Source: Chiloscyllium plagiosum
Lineage: Eukaryota
Assembly: GCF_004010195.1 (NCBI RefSeq)
Contig: NC_057718.1
Coordinates: 71,846,433 to 71,898,414 of the forward strand
DNA: 51,982 nt
Reading direction: 5' to 3'
Position numbers and translations under genes: made by a program. A model generated the notes under the pieces. That model made no database searches. It worked only from the letters and a program-made list of their open reading frames with translations, and was not told where the DNA came from. Below, piece after piece: positions 1 to 11,561 of the stretch (positions are counted from its first letter, which is position 1; every line of letters starts with the position of its first letter).

Positions 1-320
1 TCAATACCTACCATTAGCTCTTTTCTATTCTCCCCCCTTCCCTTCTGAATCACAGAGCCAGGCTCAGTGCCAGAGACCTGGCCATGATAGTTGTTCCCTG
101 ATAGTCAAACCCACAACAGTATCCAAAACGGTATACCTATTATTAAGGGGAATGGCCAGAAGGGATCCCTGCACTGTCTGCCTGTTCTTTTTCTGTCCCC
201 TGACCTGTAACCCTTTCTCATGTACCAGGGGTGAAACTACCTCGCTACAGCTCCTATCTATTACCCCCGCCACCTCCCGAATGATCCGATGTTCATCCAG
301 CTCCAGCTCCAATTCCCTGA
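1..320 (-). mobile_element. CR1/HER1 LINE ORF1 fragment
   Basis: ORF 64..312 reads ELELDEHRIIRE...AIPLNNRYTVLDTV, the PLxNRY motif typical of vertebrate CR1 ORF1. Confidence 0.75.
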
Positions 321-399
321 AGCACTTTCCGCAGTTACCTACATCTACTCAGTCTATCCCTTTCAACATTCAATGAGAACACCTCTCTTAAATGCCATA

Positions 400-540
400 G
401 AGTGCTAAATGGATAGATAATTGGCAAATGAATTTCAATGCAGAGAAATGTGAGGTAATGCATTTTGGAAAAAGAAACATTGAGAGACAATAGCGGCTTA
501 CTTATACAACTTTGGGGGTAGAACAGGAGCAGAGGGTTCT
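400..540 (+). mobile_element. CR1 LINE RT C-terminal fragment
   Basis: tggcaaatgaatttcaatgcagagaaatgtgaggtaatgcattttgga = WQMNFNAEKCEVMHFG. Confidence 0.8.
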
Positions 541-555
541 CACATTTACATGCAT

Positions 556-684
556 TGAACTAACTCTACCGAAGCTGTTATCCCATCATGAAGTCACCTT
601 TCATAAACACGTGGAAAGTCCTTGATTCTGACACATCATCAGAGTCAGCATCCAAAATGTGAGAATCTGTGACACTCCTCTTAT
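556..684 (-). mobile_element. 3' half of a small Gypsy-type LTR (same family as 46056-46129)
   Basis: Reverse complement ends ...aaaggtgacttcatgatgggataacagcttcggtagagttagttca, aligning with aaagggtgacttggtgactcgggataccggcctctgtgcaattatttca at 46081-46129; it begins at ataagaggagtgtc. Confidence 0.65.
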
Positions 685-732
685 TTTTTTTCTCTCCCAC
701 ACTACCACCTAACTGCGGTAGTGCTTATATTT
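685..732 (-). mobile_element. Extreme 3' tail of the Tx1 element (stem-loop module plus A tail)
   Basis: Reverse complement taagcactaccgcagttaggtggtagtgtgggagagaaaaaaa matches the Tx1 tail module at ~41970, ~42055, ~43960 and ~45165. Confidence 0.8.
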
Positions 733-775
733 TGACAATCCTCTTTATTTTATCTGTGATGCAACTTTCAACGGA

Positions 776-1480
776 CTATATATCTGTTTTACAACATTCC
801 CAGAGCCTACCATTAAACGTGTAAGTCCTGCACTTATTTGTCTCACCAAAATGCAACACCTTGCATTTATCTAAACTAAACTCCATTTGCCACAACTTGA
901 CCCACTGGCACAACTGATCAAGATTTCTTTGTAATCTTAGATAACCTTCCTCACTTGCTACTATACCACCAATTTGGAAGTCATCTGCAACCTTACTAAC
1001 CATGGGTGGCACGGTGGCACAGTGGTTAGCACTGCTGCCTCACAGCGCCAGAGACCCGGGTTCAATTCCAGCCTCGGGTGACTGACTGTGTGGAGTTTGC
1101 ACATTCTCCCCGTGTCTGCGTGGGTTTCCTCCGGGTGCTCCGGTTTCCTCCCACAGTCCAAAGATGTGCAGGTCAGGTGAATTGGCCAGGCTAAATTGCC
1201 CATAGTGTTAGGTAAGGGGTAAACATAGGGGTATGGGTGGGTTGCGCTTCGGCGGGGCGGTGTGGACTTGTTGGGCCGAAGGGCCTGTTTCCACACTGTA
1301 ATCTAATCTAATCTAATCATAACTCCTATAATGTGAAAAGTTGTGGTTCCAACACTGACCCCTGTGGAACGCCACTAGTCACCAGCTGCCATCCTAAGAA
1401 AAACACCCTGTGTCTTCTACCAGTCAGCCAACCCTCTATCCACATCCGTAACTTGCCCGAACACAATGGGACACTCCTCT
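776..1480 (-). mobile_element. CR1 LINE RT fragment split by a SINE
   Basis: SGVPQGSVL at ~1340-1385, then ADDFQIGG...WQMEFSLDKCKVLHFG in 776..1002. Confidence 0.85.
1003..1317 (+). mobile_element. HE1-type tRNA-derived SINE
   Basis: tRNA-like head with A/B boxes (tggcacagtgg, ggttcaattcc), central core, CR1-like tail gggccgaagggcctgtttcc and (taatc)n. Confidence 0.9.
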
Positions 1481-1539
1481 TTTATTCTGTCAACCAGGGT
1501 TCCCTGACTGGACCAGATTACCATCAAGGAACTCATTTT

Positions 1540-1765
1540 TTTTAGATTACTTACAGTGAGGAAACAGGCCCTTCGGCCCAACAAGTCCACCCGGACCCAT
1601 TCCCCTACATTTACCCCTTCACCTAACACTATGGGCAATTTAGCATGGCCAAGCACCCGGAGGAAACCCACGCAGACACGGAGAGAATGTGCAATCTCCA
1701 CACAGTCAGTCGCCTGATGCCGGAATTGAACCCGGGTCTCTGGCACTGTGAGGCACTGTGCCACC
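1540..1765 (-). mobile_element. HE1-type SINE with internal deletions
   Basis: Reverse complement of the 1003-1317 SINE with two gaps. Confidence 0.85.
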
Positions 1766-1859
1766 TCATATTCTGAGATCCAGCTGGCTGACCTCATTAC
1801 AATCACGGCATGCATTATTCTCTGAAGGTAATTAGGCAATTTGAAACAGTTAAAAGTCT

Positions 1860-2470
1860 TATAGGATCCTTGGCTTTAGAAGTACTGGAATAGAGTATTA
1901 AAACGAGGAAGTGATGCTACATTTTTACAAATCATTGTCAGATCACATTTGGAGTGTGTGTCAGTTGTGGGCATCTTATTTAAAAAAGGTTTTTCAAAGA
2001 TTTCAAAAAGAGAGTTCAAAGGAGATTTTCTTGATTGATACCAGAAATGAGGGATTTTAAAAATAAGGAAAGGATAGAGAAACTAGGCTTATTCCTCTTA
2101 GAACAGAGAAGATTAAGACGTGACTTCATTGACATGTTCAAAATTACGAACAACGTAAAGAAGAATATTCTGTTTCCACTAGTTGGTATGTCACTAACTA
2201 GGGCTCACAATTTCATGATTTACAACAAGAACACTGGGAGTGAGATGAGGAGGAAGTTCTTTACTCAGAGAGTTGTTAAGATTTAGAATGTGCTTCCTGT
2301 GAGTGATGTGGGTTCCATGCAAGGTTTCAAAAGAGAGCTGGATTTATATTTGAAATTGATGAACTTAGAGGGCTATGGTGATAGGGCTGGAGTATGGGAC
2401 CAGCTGGGGGACTCTTTCAGGAACTGGTACAGACATGATGGGTCAAATGGCCTCCTTCTGTACTGAAAAT
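1860..2470 (+). mobile_element. Degenerate CR1 LINE 3' end
   Basis: LGLFLLEQRRLRRDFIDMFKI...RKFFTQRVV, followed by the tail gggtcaaatggcctccttctgtactg. Confidence 0.85.
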
Positions 2471-2479
2471 TCTTTGAAT

Positions 2480-3080
2480 ATTCAAGAGTCTAGCAAATAC
2501 AGGCCCAGTTTTTCAATCCCTCTTCATAGGACAGTGCTGCCATCCCAGGAACCAAAATTAGTTTCTCCAGTATAATCTTCTTACTAATACTAATTTCTTT
2601 CAACTCCTTATTCTCCATTTGGAACTCTGGTTCTGGGAGACTTCTATGTGTATTTTCCTCAGTCAAAACAGACTCTATCATTCCTCGATTCCCCATTCTA
2701 AACTAACTTGTCTCAGCCTGTAATGAACGCTAAACATTTTCTTTTTATGTACCATTGGAAGTGCTTACATTCTGTAATTATGTTTTTACTATATTGCTTT
2801 CATTTCTATTCTCCCTTTTTAAAATCTGTTTCTTGGCCTTCCTTTCCTGTATATTGAAAACTTCCACACTCTCAGTTTTACTGCTAGTTCTGGCAACTTT
2901 GTTGGCCTTTTCTTTTCATTTTATACAATTCCTAACTTCTTTTGTCAGCCATGGTTGGTTGACCTTTTTTATGTTTTTGCACCATTGAAAAATGTATAGT
3001 TGCTGAAAGCCAGGCAATAGCTGCCTATGTATAGTTATGCCTTTTGAATTTTTTTCTGAATCAACCTTAATCAATTTGTA
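2480..3080 (-). mobile_element. Degenerate CR1 ORF2 fragments
   Basis: Minus-strand remnants such as ELKEISISKKIILEKL, PGMAALSYEE and a KEPWLT-like motif. Confidence 0.6.
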
Positions 3081-3092
3081 ACCTCATGTTAC

Positions 3093-3395
3093 AAGGTGGC
3101 ATGGTGGCACAGTGGTTAGCACTGTTGCCTCACAGCGCCAGAGACCCGGGTTCAATTCCCGCCTCAGGCGACTGACTGTTGGAGTTTGCACATTCTCCCC
3201 GTGTCTGCATGGGTTTCCTCTGGGTGCTCCGGTTTCCTCCCACAGTCCAAAGATGTGCAGGTCAGGTGAATTGGCCATGCTAAATTGCCCCTAGTGTTAG
3301 GTATAGGGGTAAATGTAGGGGTATGGGTGGGTTGCGCTTCAGCGGGTCGGTGTGGATTTGTTGGGCCGAAAGGCCTGTTTCCACACTGTAATCTA
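3093..3395 (+). mobile_element. HE1-type SINE (first of a tandem pair)
   Basis: Full head-core-tail, nearly identical to 1003-1317. Confidence 0.9.
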
Positions 3396-3403
3396 AAAAA
3401 AAG

Positions 3404-3719
3404 TGGGCAGCACGGTGGCACAGTGGTTAGCACTGTTGCCTCACAGCACCAGAGACCTGGGTTCAATACCCACCTCAGGCGACTGTGTGGAGTTTGCACG
3501 TTCTTCCCGTGTCTGCGTGGGTTTCCTCCGGGTGCTCCGGTTTCCTCCCACAGCCCAAAAATGTGCAGGTAAGATGAATTGGCCATGCTAAATTGCCCGT
3601 AGTGTTAGGTGCAGGGGTAAATGTAGGGGAATGGGTCTGGGTGGGTTGTGCTTCGGCGGGTCGGTGTGGACTTGTTGGGCCGAAGGGCCTGTTTCCACAC
3701 TGTAAGTAATCTAATCTAA
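3404..3719 (+). mobile_element. HE1-type SINE (second of a tandem pair)
   Basis: Full head-core-tail ending taatctaatct. Confidence 0.9.
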
Positions 3720-3779
3720 GTCTTCATAATTTCCCTTATTCAAATTAAACACCTTTGCTTCAGAATGAACTACTTCTGG

Positions 3780-5305
3780 TGTAGGAAGGAGGGCCTCAGA
3801 TGTGTGAATCAGTGGGATATGTTTCAGGATGGTTGAGAACTGTATGGGAGGGATGAACCTGGATGGGCACCAATATCCTGACAGGGACGTTTGCTGATGT
3901 CACTGAGTCGGGTTTAAAATAGGATGGTAGGGAAATGGGAAACAGGTCAGCAAGTAAAGTGACCAAGGAGGAGTTAGAGATTAAGATCAGAGGAAGAACA
4001 GACAGGAAGTGGTTACTTAAAACAGTGGAACAGGCGGTCTGAGGAAGGGTCACTGGACCGAAAACATTAACTCTGATTTCAATCCACAGATACCGCCAGA
4101 CCTGCTGAGCTTCCCAGCAATTTCAATTTTTGTTTATGATTTTCAGCATCCACAGTTCTTTTGGATTTTATGTGAGAGAAATTGTGAGCTTAGTCAAACA
4201 GAAAAAGGAGGCATAAAGTAAGATTCAGGAAACTGAAGACAGAGCACATTGAAGAATATAAGAAAGCTGGAAAGAATTTAAACAAGCAGTGAGAAGGGCA
4301 AAATGGGCCATGAAATGTCCTTGGAAAACAGGATTAATGAAAATGCCAAAGTATTTTATATATATATATAAAGGAGCAAGAAGGTAGCTTTGGAAACGGT
4401 ACGTCCACTCAAGGACAAAGAAAGGAATTTATGCGTGGAGCCGGAATAAGTGGGTGAGTTCCTTAACAAATATCTCATTGGTATTCACAAAGCAGACAGA
4501 CATAGTGGATGGTGAGTCTTGCAAGGGCTATGCTTATATTCTAGGGTATGTCGATATAAAAAAAATGTTGGGTGTTTGGAAAAGCATCAACATAGATTAA
4601 CTCTATCCAACAATACTGAGGGAGGTGAGGAAGGAAATTGCTGAGATCTTGTACTAAATCTTGCATCCTGTTTAGTCACAGGTGAGGTCACAGAGAACTG
4701 AAGGATAACCAATATTATTCCTCTACTTCAGAAGGACAACAAGGAGAATCCATGAAATTACAGACCACTGATCCTTACATTTGTGAAATTATTAGCAAAG
4801 ATTCTTAGAGACAGGATTTACAGGAAAAATATGGACTTGTTAGGAATAGGCAGTATGGTTTTCGGGGAATTCATGTCTCACAAACATTTGAGGGAATGGC
4901 CAAGATAAGAGAAGGCAGACTGGTGGATGTAATCTACAGGAATTTAACAAGACCTTTGACCAGGTCGCTCATGGCAAGCCGTCACAAGAGGTGAAGTCAC
5001 ATGGGATCTGCAGTGAGCTGATCAGATGGACAAAGGATTGGCTCAGTCATGGAAGACAGAGAGTAGCAGTGTTTTTCTGAATGGAGATCTGTGATCAGTG
5101 GTGTTCTGCACAGATCAGTGTTGGAACCCATATTGTTAATAATATGTATGCTATAAATGATTTGGAATAGAAAGTAGGTGGTTTGAATAGGAAGTTTGCA
5201 GATGCCGCAAAGACTGGGCAAGACGTTGGTAGTGAGGATCATTTAATCCAGACAAATGTGAGGCAATGTATTTTGGAAGGTCTAATGCAGGTCATAAGTA
5301 TACAA
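3780..5305 (+). mobile_element. Degenerate CR1 LINE (end of ORF1 plus ORF2), interrupted by the Gypsy element and resuming at ~15605
   Basis: GTNILTGTFA (ORF1 end), then ENAKVFY, NYRPLILT, SGVLHRSVLEP, KFADAAK. Confidence 0.75.
4039..4170 (+). mobile_element. Penelope-type pseudo-LTR tail with hammerhead-like core
   Basis: CTGAGGA-agGGTCactgGACC-GAAA followed by ...gccagacctgctgagc...cagcatccacag, as in the tails at 20039 and 39910. Confidence 0.65.
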
Positions 5306-6607
5306 TGTTACAAGGTGAAGTTCAAACCCCTCTGTTAATTAAACCAAATATCCAGAAAAGCTCACCTTGCCTCGTAATCTGTTAAAGTATGAATAACAAA
5401 GAACTCCTAAATTCCACTGGTTAAAGAAAAATAACAATTTATTTTCTTAACTCTTAATAGTGAACACTAAACAACTATTCATAAACCCAAGCCCCCTTTT
5501 CTTAACTACTTACTATCTGACCCCAACTCCATTTAAAAAATGCTGTTCCAGTAATACTGATTAAACGTTACATGAATTTAATCTCAAGATCACACAGTCT
5601 CAGTCTTCTCTGTTGTCTTCAGTCTTCCAGTTACTGATCTTCCTGGGTCGTCTTCTTTCTTTTTTACAGTGAATATGTTTTACATGAAAAGATACCTTTG
5701 ATGAACGTGTTTTCTAACTTCTTTAAGAGCAAGATGTTTGATGGACCATCAGCTCTCCAGCTCTATATGAGTTGCTCACTGTTCCATGGCAGTTGCTCTC
5801 TACCAAATTTCAAAATGCCCAAGTTTTTCTACCACCCCATGAACAGTATACCTCCCCATGTGTTTTAAAAAATTCTCAAGGTCAGGTTCGTAGGAGAGTA
5901 GTCTGACACAGAACAAACGACCAAGAGGCGAGTCTGCTAGAATATGGGCATTTTATTCCCCGCAGCGTCGCCACAACGGGTCTGGCTTATACTCACTCTA
6001 CATGTTACCAAAACTGGGAGCCGTCAGTTCTCGTAGAGCGGTTGCCAACAACCCACGCTCGGCGGTTAAACGTAACCCCGGAGCAGACTCACCGAACTGG
6101 AGACTTTTCCAGCTGATATACTCTTTTCCAGATATAAACATTCATGTGAACAGCAGAGCAAGGCTAAAAAACACATTCCATTCTGGTTACATACAGATAA
6201 GAAGATTCACACGGGACTAAGCAACACCTCCATTCCGGTTAGATTCACACATGTATTGGGACATAATTTTTAACCGTTTCACCACATTCCACTGCTTGGA
6301 ATTTTACACCACACCATGACACATTAAATTATGATAATTTGATTGGCTTCAAAACAATGAAATTCTAATTCCATTGGGTTTTAGTATCCTGGGGCATAAT
6401 TTAAACTGATTGATGACATTTGAATTATTGACAAAATAGCAACCAAAACTCAGGTATTCATTTAACAGCCATTTGCTACATGTATCTATTATGAAACAGT
6501 TCATCTCCCAGCCTTTCTATTTGGATATCTGAACCTGCACTTTAAGTTTACTTCAAAATTCAGAAAACACTTGCTACTTTAAAGTGAACATACATGTTCA
6601 CTTTAAA
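5306..6607 (-). repeat. 3' LTR of the Gmr1-like element
   Basis: Colinear with 11562-12325 apart from the ~5840-6310 insert; abuts the PPT. Confidence 0.88.
5861..6286 (-). mobile_element. Probable solo LTR of another family inserted in the 3' LTR
   Basis: Absent from the 5' LTR; minus strand begins TGTGG and ends AACA, with TATAA (~5990) and AATAAA (~5955) in LTR order; CpG-rich; no clean TSD. Confidence 0.55.
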
Positions 6608-6619
6608 CCTCCCCCCTTT
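6608..6619 (-). promoter_or_regulatory. Polypurine tract
   Basis: Minus-strand aaaggggggagg immediately before the 3' LTR. Confidence 0.8.
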
Positions 6620-6789
6620 AGAAAAAGTGAACCATCATAATGAAAAGATAGTCTCTTTTTTTGTTCTAATTCATAATACCATTACCAAGAAATATATATG
6701 TCATTAACCTAGGTTATACCTTTCATGTTAATTCTGCGCAAATACATAACATTGGAATCAGTCAAATCGTAACGATACTTTTCCCTTTA

Positions 6790-8290
6790 AATCTGTGATA
6801 ATATATCTGCTATCACATTTTTACAACCAGCAACACATACAATTTGTAAATTAAAAGTCTGTAATGTAAGACTCCAACAAAATTGTCTCATATTTTTGCC
6901 TTTAAAGTTTCCAAAAATGTGAGAGGATTGTGGTCCATGTACACAAACGTCTCCAACACATTGTCACATAAGCATAAAATACTTTAAGGCCAGTAACAAA
7001 CTTAATACCACTTCTTGCATTTTGAGAAGATTTGTAGGTCAGGTTGAGGTTCTGGATATAGGTTTGCTCACTAAGCTGGAAGGTTCATTTCCAGATGTTT
7101 CATCATCCTACTAGGTAATATATCAATGGGCCTCCGGGCGAAGCACTGCTGATGATTCCGTCATTCTATTTATAATAAATATAATATAATAAAATATTAT
7201 AAATATAAATAAATAAATAGAATAAATACTCATAAATAGAAAGCAGGAATCATCAGCAGTGCTTCGCCCGGAGGCCCAATAAGATGTTACAGAGTTGTGT
7301 GACGAAATCTCTGGAAACAAATCTTCCAGCTCAGTGAGCAAATCTACATTAATACCTCTTTCTCAATGGTAGAATATTTTCTCTGATGGATGTTGAGTTT
7401 CTTTGAAAAGTAGCCAATTAGACGATCAATTCCATAATCATCTCCCTGAATCAATACAGCTCCAACCCCTATATCTCTGGTATCAATTGTAACTTCAAAA
7501 TGTTTCATTTTACTTGGGGTCAACCTTCCATGTCCCGAGAAAGTCATTTTTGCCTTCACAAATTCTGTTTTCTTTAAGTTTATTACCAATTTTGCTTATC
7601 ATAATCATGGCACTGCTAACTGTACCATGTGATCTTTCCATGACTCGCTAAAGATCACCACATCATCCAGATAAACTACACAATTTGTTAATCCAGCCAT
7701 AACTCTGTTCATGAGTCTCTGGAATGTGGCTGGTGTGTTCTTCATTCCAAAGAGTATCACTTTGAATTGATATAGCTCACTCGGGATTACAAATGCAGAA
7801 CCGTATTTCGCCTTCTCTGATAAATGGTACCTGCCAATAGCCATGCAGTAAGTCTAATTTTGTGATGTAAGTGGCTTGTCCAACCTTCTCTATACAATCC
7901 TCCAACCTTGGTATTGGCTATGCGATTTTGTTATAGCGTTGACCTTCTGATAGTCCACCTAAAATCGTTCAGTCTCATCAGGTTTGGGAACTAACATGAT
8001 CGGTAAACTCCACTCACTCTGACTCTGTTCAATGAAGTCTTTGTTGAGCATCACATCCACTTCCTTATGGACCTGTGTGGCATTGAAAGGATTAAGCCTA
8101 TAGGGGTGTTGTTTTATCAGAACAGTATTCCCTACTTCCACCTCATGCACAATTCCTGCATCTGTCCTCAATACTGCTGCAGCAAACCTTTCAACTCGGT
8201 TCTTTGCCCCTGAGACAGATAGCTCACTATCCCCTTCCTCAAGAACTTCCTCCTTTTTTAATGTATTTTGAGGCACATCAAAATCCACAC
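6790..8290 (-). pseudogene. Gypsy RT and RNase H remnants
   Basis: IKQHPYRLNP, WSLPIMLVPKPD, FGMKNTPATFQRLMN, VYLDDVVIFS, IGVGAVL, YFSKKL, YSTIEKE, NVIADILS. Confidence 0.92.
7026..7348. mobile_element. Head-to-head inverted Penelope-type pseudo-LTR inserted in Gypsy RNase H
   Basis: 33-bp perfect inverted repeat 7127-7159/7246-7278 with looser outer arms; decayed GAAGATGTTAC...GTGACGAAA core; ttaatacc occurs on both sides. Confidence 0.7.
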
Positions 8291-8419
8291 CATCTGGATT
8301 TCAGTCCTCCCTCTGCAAGGGAGTAACTAATACCTGTTTGTCTAGTTCCCTGTCTCTATTATAGCAAGATTTCAACTTTTGCCCGATATAGGTTTTTCCT
8401 ATCTGACATCTTTACCAGA

Positions 8420-9195
8420 GAGTTTACCTGACTCAATTTTTCTCAATTTGATAGGGACCGCTAATCCTGGCTTTGAAGGGATCTACTACCACTGGTAACA
8501 ATACTAGTATGTCTTCCCCAAAGGAAAACATTCAAATTTTAGAGCTTTTATCTGCTTCTTGCTTCATTCTATATGCTGTGCCCTCTTCATGTGCCATTTA
8601 GGTAATGCAACGACCTCATGTAACCTCTCCTTCACCTCAGATACATAAACCAAGTGTGAGATCTCTGGCTTCAGTCGTATCAATTTTTCGTTGATTAGTT
8701 TTAAAGGCCCTCTCACTTCATGTCCAAATATTAATTCAAAGGGAGTAAATTGAGTAGATTCATTTGGTGCATCTCTCATGACAAACAATATGAATCAGAC
8801 GACTTTTTCCCAATTATTCAAGTAATCCTGACACTACACTCTTAACATGGTCTTCAGGGTCTGATGCCACCTTTCCAAGGCTCCCTGTGATTCAGGATTG
8901 TAAGCACTTGATTTAAAGTGCTCTATGCCTAAACAATCCATGACTTCCTTAAACAGCCTAGCAGATCAGCCTTTGTCAGATAATCTCCATAGCAAGTAAA
9001 GAAATCTATCAACTCGTCCATCACCCTTTCTGGCTTAGTGTTCCATAATGGAATTGCCTCTGGAAATCTGGTAGACACATCCATTATGGTTAGCAAGTAC
9101 TGGTTCCCACTTTTAGTTTTAGGGAGGGGATCTGGTGCACTTTCACCTGGTGCACTTTCACCTATTTCTCCTCTACATTTACATGCCATTTTCAT
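8420..9195 (-). pseudogene. Gypsy integrase remnant located upstream of RT
   Basis: PLPKTKSGNQYLLTIMDVSTRFPEAIPL, FTPFELIFGHEVRGPL, and an SGPY motif at ~8455. Confidence 0.92.
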
Positions 9196-9607
9196 CCTAG
9201 GATTCTATCCTTAAGATGATAACCCTCGGAGAATACATTCTGATTCCTGTTCTGAGTAAAGCTTTGTAATAACTATCTTCTATTGTCTCATCTTCCTGTT
9301 GCAAGTCCATTAGACTTTCAGGACCTTCTACCTGTTCAGGTTTTTCCTGCACCATTACATCAAATAGGTGTCAGCTAACTGAACCTCAACTCCTTCATCT
9401 TTCTCTTTAGCTTTTCCTTCTTACTATAAGTTATGACAATGTGATATTGTTACTACACAGTCTGGAAAAATTCCAGGGTACTTTTCTTTTAACTCCTCAG
9501 TTCCCTGGTTTTCTATTGACTTCTCTACCACAAAGAGTGTTGCTCCCACTTTGGATCCTGTTGGGTCATTCTCAAGAACAAACTATATTCCTGGAACTGA
9601 TATGCTG

Positions 9608-9850
9608 TTAATCATTCCAACTGTTACTTCCCCAGTCTTGGTCTGGCTCTCCAACCTGATCTTGTACAGAGGAACTGCTAAATTTCTGTCCATCTATTCC
9701 ACAAATTATCACTCTCTTGGGTAACATATCAGTAAGAGTGCAAATTCTTTTATCTTTTATTATTAGAGACTGATTAGCTCCCATATCTCTCAAAATTGTA
9801 ACTCCTTTTCTTTCTCCCCATGTTCTACCTGAGTAAACTTTACCCATAGA
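9608..9850 (-). pseudogene. Aspartic protease remnant
   Basis: VTILRDMGANQSLI (degenerate D-T/S-G-A). Confidence 0.8.
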
Positions 9851-9989
9851 GGTGAAGTCTTCTTAGAGATCGGGCCCTGCCTAGGCTGTGCACTCTCCTG
9901 CAGCTCCTCAACTTTTCCTGGGTTTCCTTTACCATTCCACTAATCCCACTGGTTTAGTCTCTTTTACAACATCTTTTCCCATGGAACCT

Positions 9990-11390
9990 TTCTTCAACGA
10001 GCAACACTGTGACTTTACAGTTTCCCACCTTACCACAGCTGAAAGACCTGAGGCCATTCATATCCTTTTCCACCCTCTTGGGCTTCTTTTTTCACCTGTG
10101 GTAGACAATTACCTGTGTGCCCTACTCTTTGTTTTGTTCAGTGGGATCTCCCTTCTCTCAATTTCTATCCCTCACAGGATGACTTGCTTGCCGGAAACTA
10201 AATTTTGCCTTATGCACCAATGCATATTCATCTGCCATCTCTGCTGCTCTTCTCAAATCTTGACCTTGCTGTTCATCCACATGAATTCTTATGATCTTGG
10301 GAAGTGAGTTTTTAAACTCCTCCAGCAGAATAATCTCTCTTAGAACCTCATATGTCTTGTCTATTTTTAAGGCCCGCAGCCATCTATCAAAATTGCTATG
10401 TTTAATTCTTTCGAACTGAACATAAGACTGACCTGGTTCCTTCTTTATGTTTCTGAGGCGCTGTCTATACTCTTCTGGTACCAATTCATAAACACTTAAA
10501 ATAACCTGTTTCACATTGGCATAATCTCTTGACACATCTGACAGCACTGCAAATACCTCACTAGCTCTGCCTCCCAGCTTAGTCTGAACTAGCATTACAC
10601 ACAAGTTTTCTGGCCATTCCATCTGCCTAGCCAATTTTTCAAAGGAATTAAAGAAGGCTTTGACATCTTTCTCATCAAAATGTGGCAATGTTTTAACATA
10701 TTTATATACATCACTATCTTCTCCCTTCATCTTCATCCTGTTAACTTGACATTCCTGACTAATTTGCAACTTCTGAAGTTCAAATTCTCTCTCTCTTTCT
10801 TCTCTCTCTGTTTCTCTTTGCTCAACTAAGAACCTTCCCTCCCTTTCATTATGACTAGATTAGATTACCTACAGTGCAGAAACAGGCCCTTCAGCCCAAC
10901 AAGTCCACACCGAGCCTCCGAAGAGTAACCCGCCCACCCCCATTTCCCTCTGACTAATGCACCTAGCATTACGGGCAATTTAGCATGGCCAATTCACCTG
11001 ACCTACACACATTTGGACTGTGGGAGGAAACCCACGCAGACATGGGGAAAATGTGTAAACTCCACACAGACAGTCACCCGAGGCTGGAATCGAACCTGGT
11101 GCTGTGAGGCAGCAGTGCTAACCACTGAGCCACCGTGCTGCCCATTTAACTCCAGTTGCCTCATTTGCAATTTAAGTTTTTCTAACTCAACTGCACTTAT
11201 CTGTTTCTCTGATACACCTAAGTGCTTGATCGACTCCATTAAAATTTTAACCTTACTTTTGTCCCTGGTTAAACCCAATTCTAACCTATTTGCTAATTCT
11301 AAAATCCTCTGCCTTCCTAAATTTTCTTGGCAAATTTGGGAAGCATCTTTAAACCCCAGAACCTCTTTAGCAATGTTAATAGCCATCTCA
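9990..11390 (-). pseudogene. Gmr1-type gag with SCAN-like capsid region and CCHC knuckle remnant
   Basis: LPHFDEKDVKAFFNSFEK, YELVPEEYRQRLR, LREIILLEEFKNSLP, AAEMADEY; CFSCGKVG-like remnant at ~10030-10050. Confidence 0.88.
10855..11141 (-). mobile_element. HE1-type SINE inside gag
   Basis: Reverse-complement SINE head, core and tail. Confidence 0.88.
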
Positions 11391-11537
11391 CTCACTATTA
11401 ATTTAACCAACCACAAGTAACCGAAATTAAACAAATTTTCTCACCTAAGTTTAAATTTAAAGATCAAGGAAACTAATCGCAAAGTATTTAAATCTGGTGG
11501 GACCTTTCATATCCCAAATCTGTTCCAATCTGTCCAA

Positions 11538-11558
11538 ATCCTGGATGGCGAGCCCCCA
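11538..11558 (-). promoter_or_regulatory. Primer-binding site, tRNA-Pro-like
   Basis: Minus-strand TGGGGGCTCGccaTCCaGGAT, 3 nt after the LTR end, versus canonical PBS-Pro TGGGGGCTCGTCCGGGAT. Confidence 0.8.
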
Positions 11559-11561
11559 ATC

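Noticed and set aside
1003..1080. tRNA genes at SINE heads
   Set aside because: A and B boxes are present but run into the SINE core; no complete cloverleaf could be supported.
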